NCBI GenBank assembly: GCA_017439805.1
Contig: JAFSIK010000003.1
Span: 8,258 to 72,257 of the forward strand
Reading direction: 5' to 3'
Length of the DNA: 64,000 bases
Origin: Oscillospiraceae bacterium
Lineage (GTDB): Bacteria; Bacillota; Clostridia; Oscillospirales; Oscillospiraceae
Shown here: positions 1-11,439 of the stretch, piece by piece
Layout: each line of letters starts with the position of its first letter
Position numbering within the stretch: the stretch's first letter is position 1
Position numbers and translations under genes: made by a program
The notes under the pieces: generated by a model
What the model was told of the DNA's origin: nothing
Database searches by the model: none
The model's input: only the letters and a program-made list of their open reading frames with translations

Positions 1-40
1 ATTGCACATACTGTCTGTATCAATTTACAGGCGGTGTGTG

Positions 41-1126
41 ATGAAAAAGATATTTCCGGTGGCGTTGGCAATTATAATGTTATTCACGGCTCTGCCCGCG
101 GCGAATGCGGCGGAGCCGGAGCTTTCAGCCGCCCAGGCGGTGCTTTGCGATGCCCGTACCGGCCGTGTGCTTTACGGAGTGGGGGAGGAGGACACCGCCC
201 TTATTGCCAGCACCACGAAGATAATGACGGCTCTTGTGGTTTTGGAAAACTGTGCCCTTGACGATACGGTTACCGTGGATGCCCGTGCCGCCGGAGCGGA
301 GGGCTCGTCCATATATCTGACGGCGGGGGAGAGCCTTACGGTTGAAACCCTGCTGTACGGCCTGATGCTGGAGTCCGGAAATGACGCGGCAGAGGCTCTT
401 GCCATTCACACCGCCGGAAGCGCAGAAGCTTTTGCGGCTCTGATGAATGAAAAGGCGGCGGAGCTTGGCATGGAAAACACTTCTTTTTCCAATCCCAGCG
501 GCATGGATGATGAAAATCATTATTCCACACCGCTGGACATGGCGCGGCTTATGGCCTGTGCTATGAAAAACGAACATTTCGCCGAAATAACCGGCGCTGC
601 CTCCTACACGGCACAGGGGAAGAGCTTTTATAACCACAATAAGCTCCTTACCACTCATCCCGATGTGGACGGTGGCAAGACCGGGTATACCAAGGCGGCC
701 GGACGTACCCTCGTGTCCACGGCAATGGTGGAGGGACACCGCCTTGTGGCGGTGACTTTCAACGCTCCAAACGACTGGAGCGACCACAGAAAACTCTATG
801 ACTATGCCCGGGAGAATTACACGTGGATAAGCCTGGAGGAAAATTTGCCCCGGATTCCCGTGGTAGGCGCCCTTACAGAGTGGTTAACCCCCACGGCTCG
901 GGATCAGGTCTTTTTCCCCGTGAAGCAGGAGGAAAGGGCGGAGCTGGTTTTTTACCTGCCTCACCTGCTTTTTGCGCCTGTCAGCCGGGGGCAGCACCTG
1001 GGCAGCGCAGCCCTTGAGGCAGAGGGACGCATTGTTGCCGAAATTCCACTTTACAGCCCGGAGGATATCCGTCAATTGGATGTCCTGCCCTGGCACAGAT
1101 GGCTTTATTTTGGAGAGTTTGAATGA
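41..1126 (+). CDS. D-alanyl-D-alanine carboxypeptidase (S11 family, PBP5/DacB-like)
   Basis: The in-frame ATG at 41 inside ORF 2..1126 gives a signal peptide (MKKIFPVALAIIMLFTALPAANA). Active-site motifs SxxK (ASTTK), SxN (ESGND) and KTG (GGKTGYT) are all present. Confidence 0.85.
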   Translation: MKKIFPVALAIIMLFTALPAANAAEPELSAAQAVLCDARTGRVLYGVGEEDTALIASTTKIMTALVVLENCALDDTVTVDARAAGAEGSSIYLTAGESLTVETLLYGLMLESGNDAAEALAIHTAGSAEAFAALMNEKAAELGMENTSFSNPSGMDDENHYSTPLDMARLMACAMKNEHFAEITGAASYTAQGKSFYNHNKLLTTHPDVDGGKTGYTKAAGRTLVSTAMVEGHRLVAVTFNAPNDWSDHRKLYDYARENYTWISLEENLPRIPVVGALTEWLTPTARDQVFFPVKQEERAELVFYLPHLLFAPVSRGQHLGSAALEAEGRIVAEIPLYSPEDIRQLDVLPWHRWLYFGEFE

Positions 1127-1830
1127 AAGAACGTTTGCAGAAGATAATAGCCGCGGCCGGCGTGACCTCCCGCCGCGGCGCCGAGGAGCTTATAGCCCGG
1201 GGGCGCGTTACCGTAAACGGTGTCTGCGCTGTGCTGGGTGACACCGCCGACGGCGCGGCTGACCGCATTGCCATTGACGGAAAAGAGCTTCCCCGGCGGG
1301 AAGAGTTGGTTTACATAATGCTTAACAAACCCAAGGGATACCTTACCGCAATGAGCGACGACAGGGGACGAAAGACCGTGGCGGAGCTTGTGGAGGGCTG
1401 CCGGGCCAGAGTTGTTCCTGTGGGCAGGCTGGATCTCCACTCCGAAGGGTTGCTGCTTATGACCAACGACGGCGATGCGGCCTATCGGGTCACTCACCCA
1501 TCCCATATGATTGAAAAAGAGTATCACGTTTGGGTAAGCGGAGATGCTGAAAGCGCCATCGGGCCAATGAATGCCTCAATGGATATCGAGGGATACACCA
1601 TCAGACCCGGCATTACGAAAATACTCCGCACAGACAGGGGGAAAACAGTCCTGTCCGTCACCATAACCGAAGGCAGAAAAAGACAGGTCAGGCTGATGTG
1701 TGCCGCCTGCGGTCTTACCGTTCACAGGCTTCTGCGTGTGCGGGAGGGAAAATTGCATCTGGCGGATTTGCCGTCGGGAAAATGGCGATATTTAACGGAA
1801 AACGAAATAAATTACCTCAAAGAGCAATAG
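1123..1830 (+). CDS. rluB: rRNA pseudouridine synthase, RsuA/RluB family
   Basis: N-terminal S4 domain (RLQKIIAAAGVTSRRGAEELIARGRVTVNG) and catalytic GRLDLHSEGLLLMTNDG motif. ATGA start/stop overlap with the upstream gene. Confidence 0.85.
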   Translation: MKERLQKIIAAAGVTSRRGAEELIARGRVTVNGVCAVLGDTADGAADRIAIDGKELPRREELVYIMLNKPKGYLTAMSDDRGRKTVAELVEGCRARVVPVGRLDLHSEGLLLMTNDGDAAYRVTHPSHMIEKEYHVWVSGDAESAIGPMNASMDIEGYTIRPGITKILRTDRGKTVLSVTITEGRKRQVRLMCAACGLTVHRLLRVREGKLHLADLPSGKWRYLTENEINYLKEQ

Positions 1831-1867
1831 ATTTTGCAGGATATTAAATCTTTTCTTGCAAAAACTG

Positions 1868-1896
1868 TTGCTTTTTGCATTTTAATATCGTAAAAT
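1868..1896 (+). promoter_or_regulatory. putative sigma-A promoter of the rpiR-like operon
   Basis: TTGCTT (1868..1873), 17-nt spacer, TAAAAT (1891..1896). It overlaps the inverted repeat TGCAAAAA-N7-TTTTTGCA at 1857..1879. Confidence 0.4.
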
Positions 1897-1943
1897 ATGC
1901 ATGTATTTTCAGTTGTTCGAAAGGGCAAACAGGAGGAAAAACG

Positions 1944-2807
1944 ATGCATAAGGATTTCATGGCGCTCATAAACGCCAACATGAAGGACTTTTCCAAGGGC
2001 CAGAGAGCCATTGCAAAATATATAATGGAAAATTACGACAAGGCCGCATTCATGACAGCCAGCCGTCTGGGCAAGGCGGTGGATGTCAGTGAGTCAACAG
2101 TTGTTCGTTTTGCGTCACAGCTGGGCTTTGGCGGCTATCCCGGTATGCAGAAGGCTATTCAGGAGATGATCCGCAATAAGCTGACCAGTATTCAGCGTAT
2201 TGAGGTTACCAATGACCAGATCGGCGATCAGGACATTCTTACTTCTGTTCTCCAGTCCGACGTGGACAAGATCCGCACCACCCTTGAAAACGTTGACAAG
2301 GCAGCCTTCAACGAAGCTGTGGATACCCTTATGAGTGCCCGCCGCATCTTTATTATGGGCGTGCGTTCCTCTGCCACCCTTGCAGGTTTTATGGGATTTT
2401 ATTTCAATTATCTTTTCGATGATGTGCATGTTGTGCAGAACGATGCCGGCGGCGAATTTTTCGAGCAGCTGATGAAGGTTTCCGACCAGGACGTCATAGT
2501 TGCTTTCAGCTTCCCCAGATATTCCAGCGACACTGTAAAGGCCGTGGAGTTCTGCCGCCGCAAAAATGTAAAGGTTATCGTCATCACTGACTCCGGTTCC
2601 TCTCCGCTGGCGACAAAGGGAGACGTGGTGCTCTATGCCAGCAGCAATATGGTTTCTTTCGTTGATTCTCTTGTTGCTCCCATGAGTGTTGTCAACGCCA
2701 TCATCGTGGCTGTCAGCCGAAAAAAGGGTGCCGATGTGGCCCAGACCTTCAGCCAGCTTGAAAAGATTTGGGAAGAATACAAGGTATACGAGATAAATGA
2801 CGACTGA
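1944..2807 (+). CDS. MurR/RpiR family transcriptional regulator (HTH + SIS domain)
   Basis: ATG at 1944 is preceded by AGGAGG (1931..1936). N-terminal HTH_6-like region (ASRLGKAVDVSESTVVRFASQLGFGGY) and C-terminal SIS region (RIFIMGVRSSATLAGF ... VIVITDSGSSPLA). Confidence 0.85.
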   Translation: MHKDFMALINANMKDFSKGQRAIAKYIMENYDKAAFMTASRLGKAVDVSESTVVRFASQLGFGGYPGMQKAIQEMIRNKLTSIQRIEVTNDQIGDQDILTSVLQSDVDKIRTTLENVDKAAFNEAVDTLMSARRIFIMGVRSSATLAGFMGFYFNYLFDDVHVVQNDAGGEFFEQLMKVSDQDVIVAFSFPRYSSDTVKAVEFCRRKNVKVIVITDSGSSPLATKGDVVLYASSNMVSFVDSLVAPMSVVNAIIVAVSRKKGADVAQTFSQLEKIWEEYKVYEINDD

Positions 2808-4044
2808 CAGAAATGTTCTTGTGATAGGTGCGGGAGCCGCCGGAATGATGGCGGCAATCACCGCGGCGGAGCAGGGCGCGAAAGTCACTGTGCTTGAGCG
2901 AATGAACCGCCCCGGCAGAAAGCTGCTTATCACCGGCAAAGGCCGCTGCAATATAACAAACGACTGCCCCTGGCGCGATGCCCTTTCCAGCATCCCCGTG
3001 GGCAGCCGCTTCCTGTTCAGCGCCATGAGCCGATTTACTCCCGCAGATGCCATGGAATTTTTCGAAAACCTTGGCGTGCCGCTGAAAACCGAGCGGGGCA
3101 GAAGGGTATTCCCCGTTTCCGACAAATCAATGGACGTTGTGGACGCCCTTGACAGAAGAATGAAAAAACTGGGTATAAAAAGGGCGGAGTGCCGCGCCAA
3201 CGGCCTTATCATTGAGGACGGCCGTGCGGTGGGCGCACATACGGACAAGGGAGATTTTCGCGCCGATGCGGTTATCGTTGCAACCGGCGGAATGTCCTAC
3301 CCGGCCACAGGCTCAGACGGCGATGGTTATGAATTTGCCAAAGCCGCAGGCCACACCGTAATCGAACCCAAACCCTCTCTTGTACCTCTGGAATCCGATG
3401 ACCCCTGCTGCGCTGAAATGATGGGACTTGCCCTTAGAAACGTGGGCATTAAAATCTGTGAGCAGGGAAAGACGAAGCCCGTTTATCAGGACTTCGGCGA
3501 ACTACTTTTCACTCATTTCGGACTTTCCGGCCCCACCATACTCAGCGCCAGCGCCCATATGCGGGATTTTGACAAAAAATCCTGGAAGGTTTCTATAGAT
3601 TTAAAGCCGGCTCTTGATGAAAAAACTCTGGATGCCCGTATTCTCAGGGATTTTGAAAAGTATGCAAACCGGGATTTTGAAAATGCACTTGGAGACCTTT
3701 ACAGCCGCACAATGATACCCGTGATTGTGCGCCGCAGCGGAATTCCCGGCAATCTGAAAGTAAACTCCGTAACCAAGGCCCAGCGGCGAAAGCTGCTGGA
3801 AATTACCAAGGCCTTCGACATAGACGTCACCGGCCCACGGCCTATCGCCGAGGCCATTATAACCTCCGGTGGCGTAAAGCTGTCGGAAGTGGAACCGTCC
3901 ACTATGGCCTCCAAAATCCTGCCCGGACTGTATTTTGCAGGGGAGGTTCTGGACGCAGACGCCTACACGGGCGGTTTCAACCTGCAAATCGCCTGGTCAA
4001 CGGGCAGAGCCGCCGGTATCGCCGCGGCAGAAAAAACTATTTGA
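2797..4044 (+). CDS. NAD(P)/FAD-dependent oxidoreductase, HI0933/YhiN/BaiN-like flavoprotein
   Basis: Dinucleotide-binding motif VLVIGAGAAGMMAAITAAEQG. The family-typical length and C-terminal GLYFAGEVLDADAYTGGFNLQIAWSTG are present. It overlaps the regulator gene by 11 nt. Confidence 0.8.
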   Translation: MTTDRNVLVIGAGAAGMMAAITAAEQGAKVTVLERMNRPGRKLLITGKGRCNITNDCPWRDALSSIPVGSRFLFSAMSRFTPADAMEFFENLGVPLKTERGRRVFPVSDKSMDVVDALDRRMKKLGIKRAECRANGLIIEDGRAVGAHTDKGDFRADAVIVATGGMSYPATGSDGDGYEFAKAAGHTVIEPKPSLVPLESDDPCCAEMMGLALRNVGIKICEQGKTKPVYQDFGELLFTHFGLSGPTILSASAHMRDFDKKSWKVSIDLKPALDEKTLDARILRDFEKYANRDFENALGDLYSRTMIPVIVRRSGIPGNLKVNSVTKAQRRKLLEITKAFDIDVTGPRPIAEAIITSGGVKLSEVEPSTMASKILPGLYFAGEVLDADAYTGGFNLQIAWSTGRAAGIAAAEKTI

Positions 4045-4054
4045 GGAGAGTTTT

Positions 4055-4741
4055 ATGGAAAAGCACATAAACATCGCCATCGACGGCCCCAGCGGCGCGG
4101 GCAAAAGCACCCTTGCAAAGCGCCTTGCGGCTCAGCTTAATTTTATTTACATCGACACCGGTGCTCTGTACCGCACTGTTGGTTACCACGTGCGCAAAAA
4201 CAACGCCGACCCCACAAGCGTTGAGCAGGTGGTACCCCTGCTGCCCTCTGCCGCCATCGACCTTATCTATGATGAGCAGGGCCGCCAGCGCATGATATTA
4301 AACGGCGAGGATGTCAGCGATTTTATCCGTACACAGGAAATTTCCCGCTACGCCTCCGACGTTTCCGCATTGCCTCCCGTGCGCGAGTTTCTGCTGGATA
4401 CCCAGCGCCGTCTTGCCGCGGAAAACAACGTCATCATGGACGGCCGTGACATCGGCACCGTTATCCTGCCCAACGCCCAGGTAAAAATATTCCTTACCGC
4501 CACGCCGGAGGTACGCTCTCATCGCCGCTATCTGGAGCTTATCGAAAAGGGCGAAAAAACCGATTATGAAACCGTCCTGAAGGAGATAAATCAGCGCGAT
4601 TACAACGACAGCCACCGTGCCACAGCACCCCTGCGCCCCTCCGAAGACAGCGTTATCGTTGACACCAGCGAGATGGACCTTGAGCAGGCAAACAAGGCGC
4701 TCCTTGACGTTATCGCCGAGAAAACCGGTGTGCAGAAGTGA
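4055..4741 (+). CDS. cmk: cytidylate kinase
   Basis: The internal ATG at 4055 gives MEKHINIAIDGPSGAGKST (P-loop). Typical Cmk length and a DGRDIGT motif. Confidence 0.9.
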   Translation: MEKHINIAIDGPSGAGKSTLAKRLAAQLNFIYIDTGALYRTVGYHVRKNNADPTSVEQVVPLLPSAAIDLIYDEQGRQRMILNGEDVSDFIRTQEISRYASDVSALPPVREFLLDTQRRLAAENNVIMDGRDIGTVILPNAQVKIFLTATPEVRSHRRYLELIEKGEKTDYETVLKEINQRDYNDSHRATAPLRPSEDSVIVDTSEMDLEQANKALLDVIAEKTGVQK

Positions 4742-5379
4742 GTGAACTTATACTCAGCCCCAAACTGGATATAAAGACCCGCACCACCCGCTGGTACAGG
4801 CTGATTTATATTCTGGTCTGGATATTTACAAGAGCTAAAAATTTCCCCGTTTATCACGGCAGGGAGAATATCCCTGCCGCTGATGGTATGCTCATTTGTG
4901 CAAACCACACGGTATTCCTTGACCCCATGCTTCTTATGGTGGCTCTCACACGCCGCCGCCAGGCTCACTTCATGGCCAAGGCGGAGTGGTTTGAAAACAA
5001 GCTTTTCAAATTCGTTCTCAACAAAATGGGAATGTTCCCCGTAAAAAGGGGAGAGAGCGATATGAAGGCGGTCAAAACCGCCCTTGGGTATCTGAAAAAC
5101 GGCGAAAATGTTGCCATTTTCCCCCAGGGCACCCGCAGCGACGACGATGAACGCATTGAGGGTAAAACCGGCGCGGCAATGTTTGCCCTGCGCACCGGAG
5201 TTCCGGTACTGCCGGTGTTTATCCAAAGCCCGAGAGGACGCTTTTTAAAGCGTGTCCATGTTGTTATCGGCGAGCCCTTTGTACCCGAATGCGACGGCAA
5301 ACCCACCCATGACGACTACCGCCGTGTGGCCGACGAGATAATGGAACACATCTGGGAGCTGGAGGAAAAGGTAAAATGA
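4738..5379 (+). CDS. plsC: 1-acyl-sn-glycerol-3-phosphate acyltransferase
   Basis: HxxxxD acyltransferase motif (NHTVFLD) and FPQGTRS block. The GTG start overlaps the cmk stop (GTGA). Confidence 0.85.
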   Translation: MSELILSPKLDIKTRTTRWYRLIYILVWIFTRAKNFPVYHGRENIPAADGMLICANHTVFLDPMLLMVALTRRRQAHFMAKAEWFENKLFKFVLNKMGMFPVKRGESDMKAVKTALGYLKNGENVAIFPQGTRSDDDERIEGKTGAAMFALRTGVPVLPVFIQSPRGRFLKRVHVVIGEPFVPECDGKPTHDDYRRVADEIMEHIWELEEKVK

Positions 5380-7433
5380 AGATAACCCTTGCACAGACTG
5401 CCGGCTTTTGCCGCGGCGTGGACAAGGCTGTGAATATGGCTCTTGACGCCGGAAAAAGCGGTAAAAAATATGTAACTCTGGGTCCCATAATTCACAATGC
5501 CGACGCGGTGGCAATGCTTGAAAAAAACGGTGTGCGCGCGGTTGAATCCATCGATGAGGTTCCCGAGGGGTACGGGGTCATAATCCGCTCACACGGAGTG
5601 GGGGACAGCATCTACCGTCAGCTGGAAAGCCGGGGCATTGAATACCTGGACGCAACCTGCCCCTATGTCACCCGGGTGCACAACATTGTAAAAGAGCAGT
5701 CCGCAGCCGGTCGTTTCTGTGTAATAATGGGCAAAAAAGACCACCCGGAGGTGGTGGGGATTGCCGATTGCGGACATGAAGTCAAAGTCGCGGAAAGCGC
5801 CGAAGAGTTTGAACAGTTTGTGAAGTTTGATACGGAAGTGTCAAATAAACCTCTGTGTGTTGTTTTTCAAACTACCAACGCAAAAAAAATACTTGAAAAT
5901 TGCTCCAAAATAGTAAAAAAAGATTGCAAAGATGCACTGATATTTGATACAATATGCAGGTCAACGGAAAAACGACAGGAAGAAGCAGCGGCTCTTGCCA
6001 AGGAAAATCAGACAATGATTGTACTTGGCGACAGGAGCAGCTCAAACACAGGCAAGCTTTATGAAACTTGCCGCGGGATATGTCCGCAGGTAGTGTTTGC
6101 ATCAAACGCTTCCGAGCTGGACATTAATTCATTTGCCGGCACCGATTCCGTTGCTATCACCGCGGGCGCGTCGACGCCCGGGTGGATAATCAAGGAGGTT
6201 TGTGAAAAAATGAGCGAAGAAATTATCAGAGCAGCGGAAGAAACCGCCGAGGAAATTGTCGAGGAGGTCGTGGTTGATAACACTATCGCCGAAGACGATA
6301 GCTTTGAAACCATGCTCAACAAATCCTTCAAAACCCTCACCAGCGGCGAGAAGGTTACCGGCATTGTTACTGCCGTAAATTCCGGCGAGGTTTGCGTAGA
6401 CCTGGGCACCAAGCACGCAGGCTACATTCCTCTCAGCGAAATCAGCGACGATCCCTCTGTCAAGCCCGAGGACCTGTTCAAGGTGGGCGACGAGGTTGAA
6501 TGCTTCACCGTACGTGTAAACGACGCCGAAGGCACCGCTATGCTCTCCAAGAAGCGCCTTGACACCGTCAAGACCTGGGAGACCATCGAAAATGCCGTAG
6601 AGTCCAGAGAAATCATGGAAGGTACCGTTACCGAGGAAAACAAGGGCGGCATCGTGGTTTCCGTCAAGGGCGTGCGCGTATTCGTACCCGCTTCCCACAC
6701 CGGCCTTGCCAAGGGCGAGGATCTTTCCACCATGCTCAAGACCAAGGTTCGCCTGCGCATCACCGAGGTCAACAAGGCTCGCCGCCGCGTTGTCGGCAGC
6801 ATCCGCGACGTCCTGCGCGAAGAGCGCAAGGCCGCTTCCGAGGCCCTGTGGAGCACCATCGAAGCCGGCAACAAGTACACCGGCACCGTTAAGAGCCTGA
6901 CTTCCTACGGCGCATTCGTAGACATCGGCGGCGTTGACGGCATGGTTCACGTTTCCGAACTGAGCTGGAGCAAAATCAAGAACCCCGCTGAGGTTCTGTC
7001 TGTTGGTCAGCAGGTTGATGTTTATGTCATCGCTGTTGATACCGAGAAGAAAAAGATCTCCCTGGGTTACAAGGATCCCAACGGCAACCCCTGGACCATG
7101 TTTACTACCCAGTATAACGTTGGTGATGTTGCCAATGTTAAGATCCTCAAGCTGATGACCTACGGCGCCTTTGCCCAGATCCTGCCCGGCGTTGATGGCC
7201 TTATCCACATTTCCCAGATCGCCGACAAGCGTATCAACAAGACCGAGGACGTTCTGACCGTTGGCCAGGAAGTAGACGCCAAGATCACCGACATCGATTT
7301 CGACAAGCATAAGGTCTCTCTGAGCATCCGTGCTCTGCTGGCTCCCGAGGCTCCCGCCGAGGAAGCTGCCGAGGCTCCCGCTGAAGACGAAGTCGTAGCC
7401 GTATTTGATGGCGAGACCCCCGTTGAGGAGTAA
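5376..7433 (+). CDS. ispH: bifunctional 4-hydroxy-3-methylbut-2-enyl diphosphate reductase (IspH/LytB) / ribosomal protein S1-domain fusion
   Basis: The N-terminal ~280 aa is IspH-like (GFCRGVDKAV, ATCPYVTRVH, DTICRSTEKRQ cysteine ligands). The C-terminal half carries four S1 repeats (e.g. GTVKSLTSYGAFVDIGGVDGMVHVSEL). Confidence 0.9.
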   Translation: MKITLAQTAGFCRGVDKAVNMALDAGKSGKKYVTLGPIIHNADAVAMLEKNGVRAVESIDEVPEGYGVIIRSHGVGDSIYRQLESRGIEYLDATCPYVTRVHNIVKEQSAAGRFCVIMGKKDHPEVVGIADCGHEVKVAESAEEFEQFVKFDTEVSNKPLCVVFQTTNAKKILENCSKIVKKDCKDALIFDTICRSTEKRQEEAAALAKENQTMIVLGDRSSSNTGKLYETCRGICPQVVFASNASELDINSFAGTDSVAITAGASTPGWIIKEVCEKMSEEIIRAAEETAEEIVEEVVVDNTIAEDDSFETMLNKSFKTLTSGEKVTGIVTAVNSGEVCVDLGTKHAGYIPLSEISDDPSVKPEDLFKVGDEVECFTVRVNDAEGTAMLSKKRLDTVKTWETIENAVESREIMEGTVTEENKGGIVVSVKGVRVFVPASHTGLAKGEDLSTMLKTKVRLRITEVNKARRRVVGSIRDVLREERKAASEALWSTIEAGNKYTGTVKSLTSYGAFVDIGGVDGMVHVSELSWSKIKNPAEVLSVGQQVDVYVIAVDTEKKKISLGYKDPNGNPWTMFTTQYNVGDVANVKILKLMTYGAFAQILPGVDGLIHISQIADKRINKTEDVLTVGQEVDAKITDIDFDKHKVSLSIRALLAPEAPAEEAAEAPAEDEVVAVFDGETPVEE

Positions 7434-7440
7434 TTGAAGA

Positions 7441-7476
7441 AAAGAAATCCCCCACCGTCCGGTGGGGGATTTTTTG
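7441..7476. terminator. bidirectional intrinsic terminator (ispH-S1 / glnS)
   Basis: Hairpin ATCCCCCACC-GTCC-GGTGGGGGAT, flanked by an A-tract on the 5' side and a T-tract on the 3' side. Confidence 0.8.
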
Positions 7477-7484
7477 TTAAGTTT

Positions 7485-9149
<1,665 letters not shown>

Positions 9150-9223
9150 AAAACACAGTCCTTCAGAAGTTAGTCGCCTTAAGGCGCAGGGCGAAAACCG
9201 CCCAAAACAGATATTATTGGCAT

Positions 9224-9252
9224 AGTATACACTATATTTTGTTAAATTTCAA
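9224..9252 (-). promoter_or_regulatory. putative sigma-A promoter of glnS
   Basis: On the minus strand: TTGAAA (9247..9252), 17-nt spacer, TATACT (9224..9229). Confidence 0.45.
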
Positions 9253-9343
9253 ATAACTTAGCGCAGAAAATAGAAAATACTCTTTCCAAAACGGCCCAAA
9301 TGTATTAAAATATAATGTGTTTTAATAAGGAGAGTGGTTTTCT

Positions 9344-10060
9344 TTGAAACCTGAATACAAAAGAGTGCTGATAAAGGTCAGCGGCGAGGCTCTTGCCGGC
9401 GAGAAAAAGACCGGTCTGGATTTTGATTTTATCGGCCGCGTCAGCCGCACCATAAAGCAGTGCGTGGATATGGGCGTACAGGTGGGCGTGGTTGTTGGCG
9501 GCGGCAATTTCTGGCGCGGTGTCAAGGACGGCGGCGGCCATATGGAGCGTTCCCGCGCGGACCATATGGGTATGCTGGCCACCGTTATGAACTGCCTTGC
9601 CCTTGCCGAGGGTATTAATCAGGCCGGCGGCAGCGCCGCGGTGCTTACCGCCGTGGATATGCCCAAGATTGCTGAACCCTACACCTACGCCGGAGCTGTT
9701 GAGCATCTGGAAAAGGGTGACGTTGTTATCTTTGGCTGCGGCACCGGCAGTCCCTATTTCTCCACCGATACCGGCGCTGTGCTCAAAGCCGTGGAGATTC
9801 ACGCGGATATGCTGCTTCTTGCAAAGAACGTGGACGCCATCTACTCCGATGACCCGGCGAAAAATCCCGAGGCAGTACGCTATGACGAAATAACCTATCA
9901 GGAGATACTTACAAAGCGTCTTGCGGTTATGGACCTTACCGCCACCTCTCTGGCGGCGGAAAACGGCCTGCCTTTGATGCTCTTTGAGGTAAAGCAGCCT
10001 GAAAACATATTAAAAGCATTGACCGGCGAAAAAGTCGGAACTGTTGTAAAGGAGAGTTAA
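9344..10060 (+). CDS. pyrH: UMP kinase
   Basis: TTG start after AAGGAGAG. Begins KRVLIKVSGEALAG, with the typical PyrH body (VVVGGGNFWRG, FSTDTGA). Confidence 0.9.
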   Translation: MKPEYKRVLIKVSGEALAGEKKTGLDFDFIGRVSRTIKQCVDMGVQVGVVVGGGNFWRGVKDGGGHMERSRADHMGMLATVMNCLALAEGINQAGGSAAVLTAVDMPKIAEPYTYAGAVEHLEKGDVVIFGCGTGSPYFSTDTGAVLKAVEIHADMLLLAKNVDAIYSDDPAKNPEAVRYDEITYQEILTKRLAVMDLTATSLAAENGLPLMLFEVKQPENILKALTGEKVGTVVKES

Positions 10061-10064
10061 GAAA

Positions 10065-10619
10065 ATGAGCGACGACTACAAGGTATTTGAAGACAAGATG
10101 AAAAAATCCATCGAGGTGCTGAAGACTCAGTTCGCCAGCGTCCGTGCCGGCAGAGCCAACCCCGCCGTTCTCGACCAGATCAGCGTGGATTACTACGGCA
10201 CCCCCACTCCCATCAACCAGGTGGGCTCCATCGCGTCTCCCGATCCCCGCAGCCTGCTCATCCAGCCCTGGGACAAGGGTCTGCTGAAAGCTATCGAGAA
10301 AGCCATTCAGGAGTCTGATCTGGGCATCAACCCCCAGAATGACGGCACCGCTATCCGCCTGGCTTTCCCCCAGCTCACCGAGGAGCGCCGTAAGGATCTG
10401 ACCAAACAGGTACGCAAGTACGCCGAGGATACCAAGGTTGCCCTGCGCAACATCCGCCGCGACGCCGTTGACAAGGCCAAGGCTGACAAGAAAAAGTCCG
10501 TCATTACCGAGGACGATCTGAAAATCGCCGAAAAGGACCTGCAGAACCTTACCGACAAGTACATTAAGGAAGTCGACAACGTTCTTGCCGGCAAGGAAAA
10601 GGAACTTATGGCGGTTTGA
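10065..10619 (+). CDS. frr: ribosome recycling factor
   Basis: 184 aa with RAGRANPAVLDQISVDYYG and LTEERRKDLTKQVRK blocks. pyrH-frr synteny. Confidence 0.92.
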   Translation: MSDDYKVFEDKMKKSIEVLKTQFASVRAGRANPAVLDQISVDYYGTPTPINQVGSIASPDPRSLLIQPWDKGLLKAIEKAIQESDLGINPQNDGTAIRLAFPQLTEERRKDLTKQVRKYAEDTKVALRNIRRDAVDKAKADKKKSVITEDDLKIAEKDLQNLTDKYIKEVDNVLAGKEKELMAV

Positions 10620-10644
10620 GCCGATAAACCGGTTGATTCGCCCA

Positions 10645-10675
10645 GGGGGTCGTCCGTCGGGCGACCCCCTTTTAT
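10645..10675 (+). terminator. intrinsic terminator after frr
   Basis: GGGGGTCG ... CGACCCCC hairpin followed by TTTTAT. Confidence 0.6.
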
Positions 10676-10695
10676 AAAACTTAGGGAGTCCTGTC

Positions 10696-11439
10696 ATGGT
10701 TTTTAAGAAGAAAGCCGGAGCGCCTGCGGCTACCGACCGCGCCGTTCCGCAGCATATTGCCATAATCATGGACGGCAACGGACGCTGGGCCCAAAAGCGT
10801 GGTCTGCCACGCACCGCAGGTCATGCGGCAGGAGGGGAGACTTTCCGCACCATCGCCCGTTACTGCAACTCCATCGGAGTTAAATATTTCACGGTATACG
10901 CCTTCTCCACCGAGAACTGGAAGCGTCCTGCGGAGGAGGTTAAGGCCATAATGTCCCTTTTTAACCGTTATCTCCGTGAAGCTATCGAGATAATGGAAAA
11001 GGAAGGCATAAGTCTGCGCGTTTTCGGAGACCTTGCTCCCATCGACCCGGAACTGCGCGAGCTTGTGGGCAGGGTAAACCTCATTTCCGACCATGTTGAG
11101 GGAATGCAGGCCAGTCTTTGCATAAATTACGGCGGCAGGGACGAAATAGTACGCGCCGCCCGGGAGTTTGCCCGCCGCTGCGCCGAGGGAGAGGCAGATC
11201 CTGACAGCCTTACCGAGGAAAATTTCAATTCCTATCTTTATACCGACGGCGTGCCGGATCCGGAGCTTATTATCCGCCCCGGCGGTGAAAAACGCACCTC
11301 CAATTTCCTTATGTGGCAGAGCGCTTACAGCGAATACTACTTCACCGACGTGCTCTGGCCGGACTTCACCGGAGAGGTGATTGAAGAAGCCATAGCCGAT
11401 TTTAACCGCCGCCAGCGCCGCTTTGGAGGTGTGGTATGA
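10696..11439 (+). CDS. uppS: isoprenyl transferase (undecaprenyl diphosphate synthase)
   Basis: HIAIIMDGNGRWA and YAFSTENWKRP motifs, plus the C-terminal RRFGG. Confidence 0.92.
   Translation: MVFKKKAGAPAATDRAVPQHIAIIMDGNGRWAQKRGLPRTAGHAAGGETFRTIARYCNSIGVKYFTVYAFSTENWKRPAEEVKAIMSLFNRYLREAIEIMEKEGISLRVFGDLAPIDPELRELVGRVNLISDHVEGMQASLCINYGGRDEIVRAAREFARRCAEGEADPDSLTEENFNSYLYTDGVPDPELIIRPGGEKRTSNFLMWQSAYSEYYFTDVLWPDFTGEVIEEAIADFNRRQRRFGGVV

Noticed and set aside
9150-9343. A possible T-box or other riboswitch upstream of glnS.
   Set aside because: The leader is only about 70 nt from the putative promoter to the start codon. It has no GGUGGUACC T-box sequence and no terminator hairpin.
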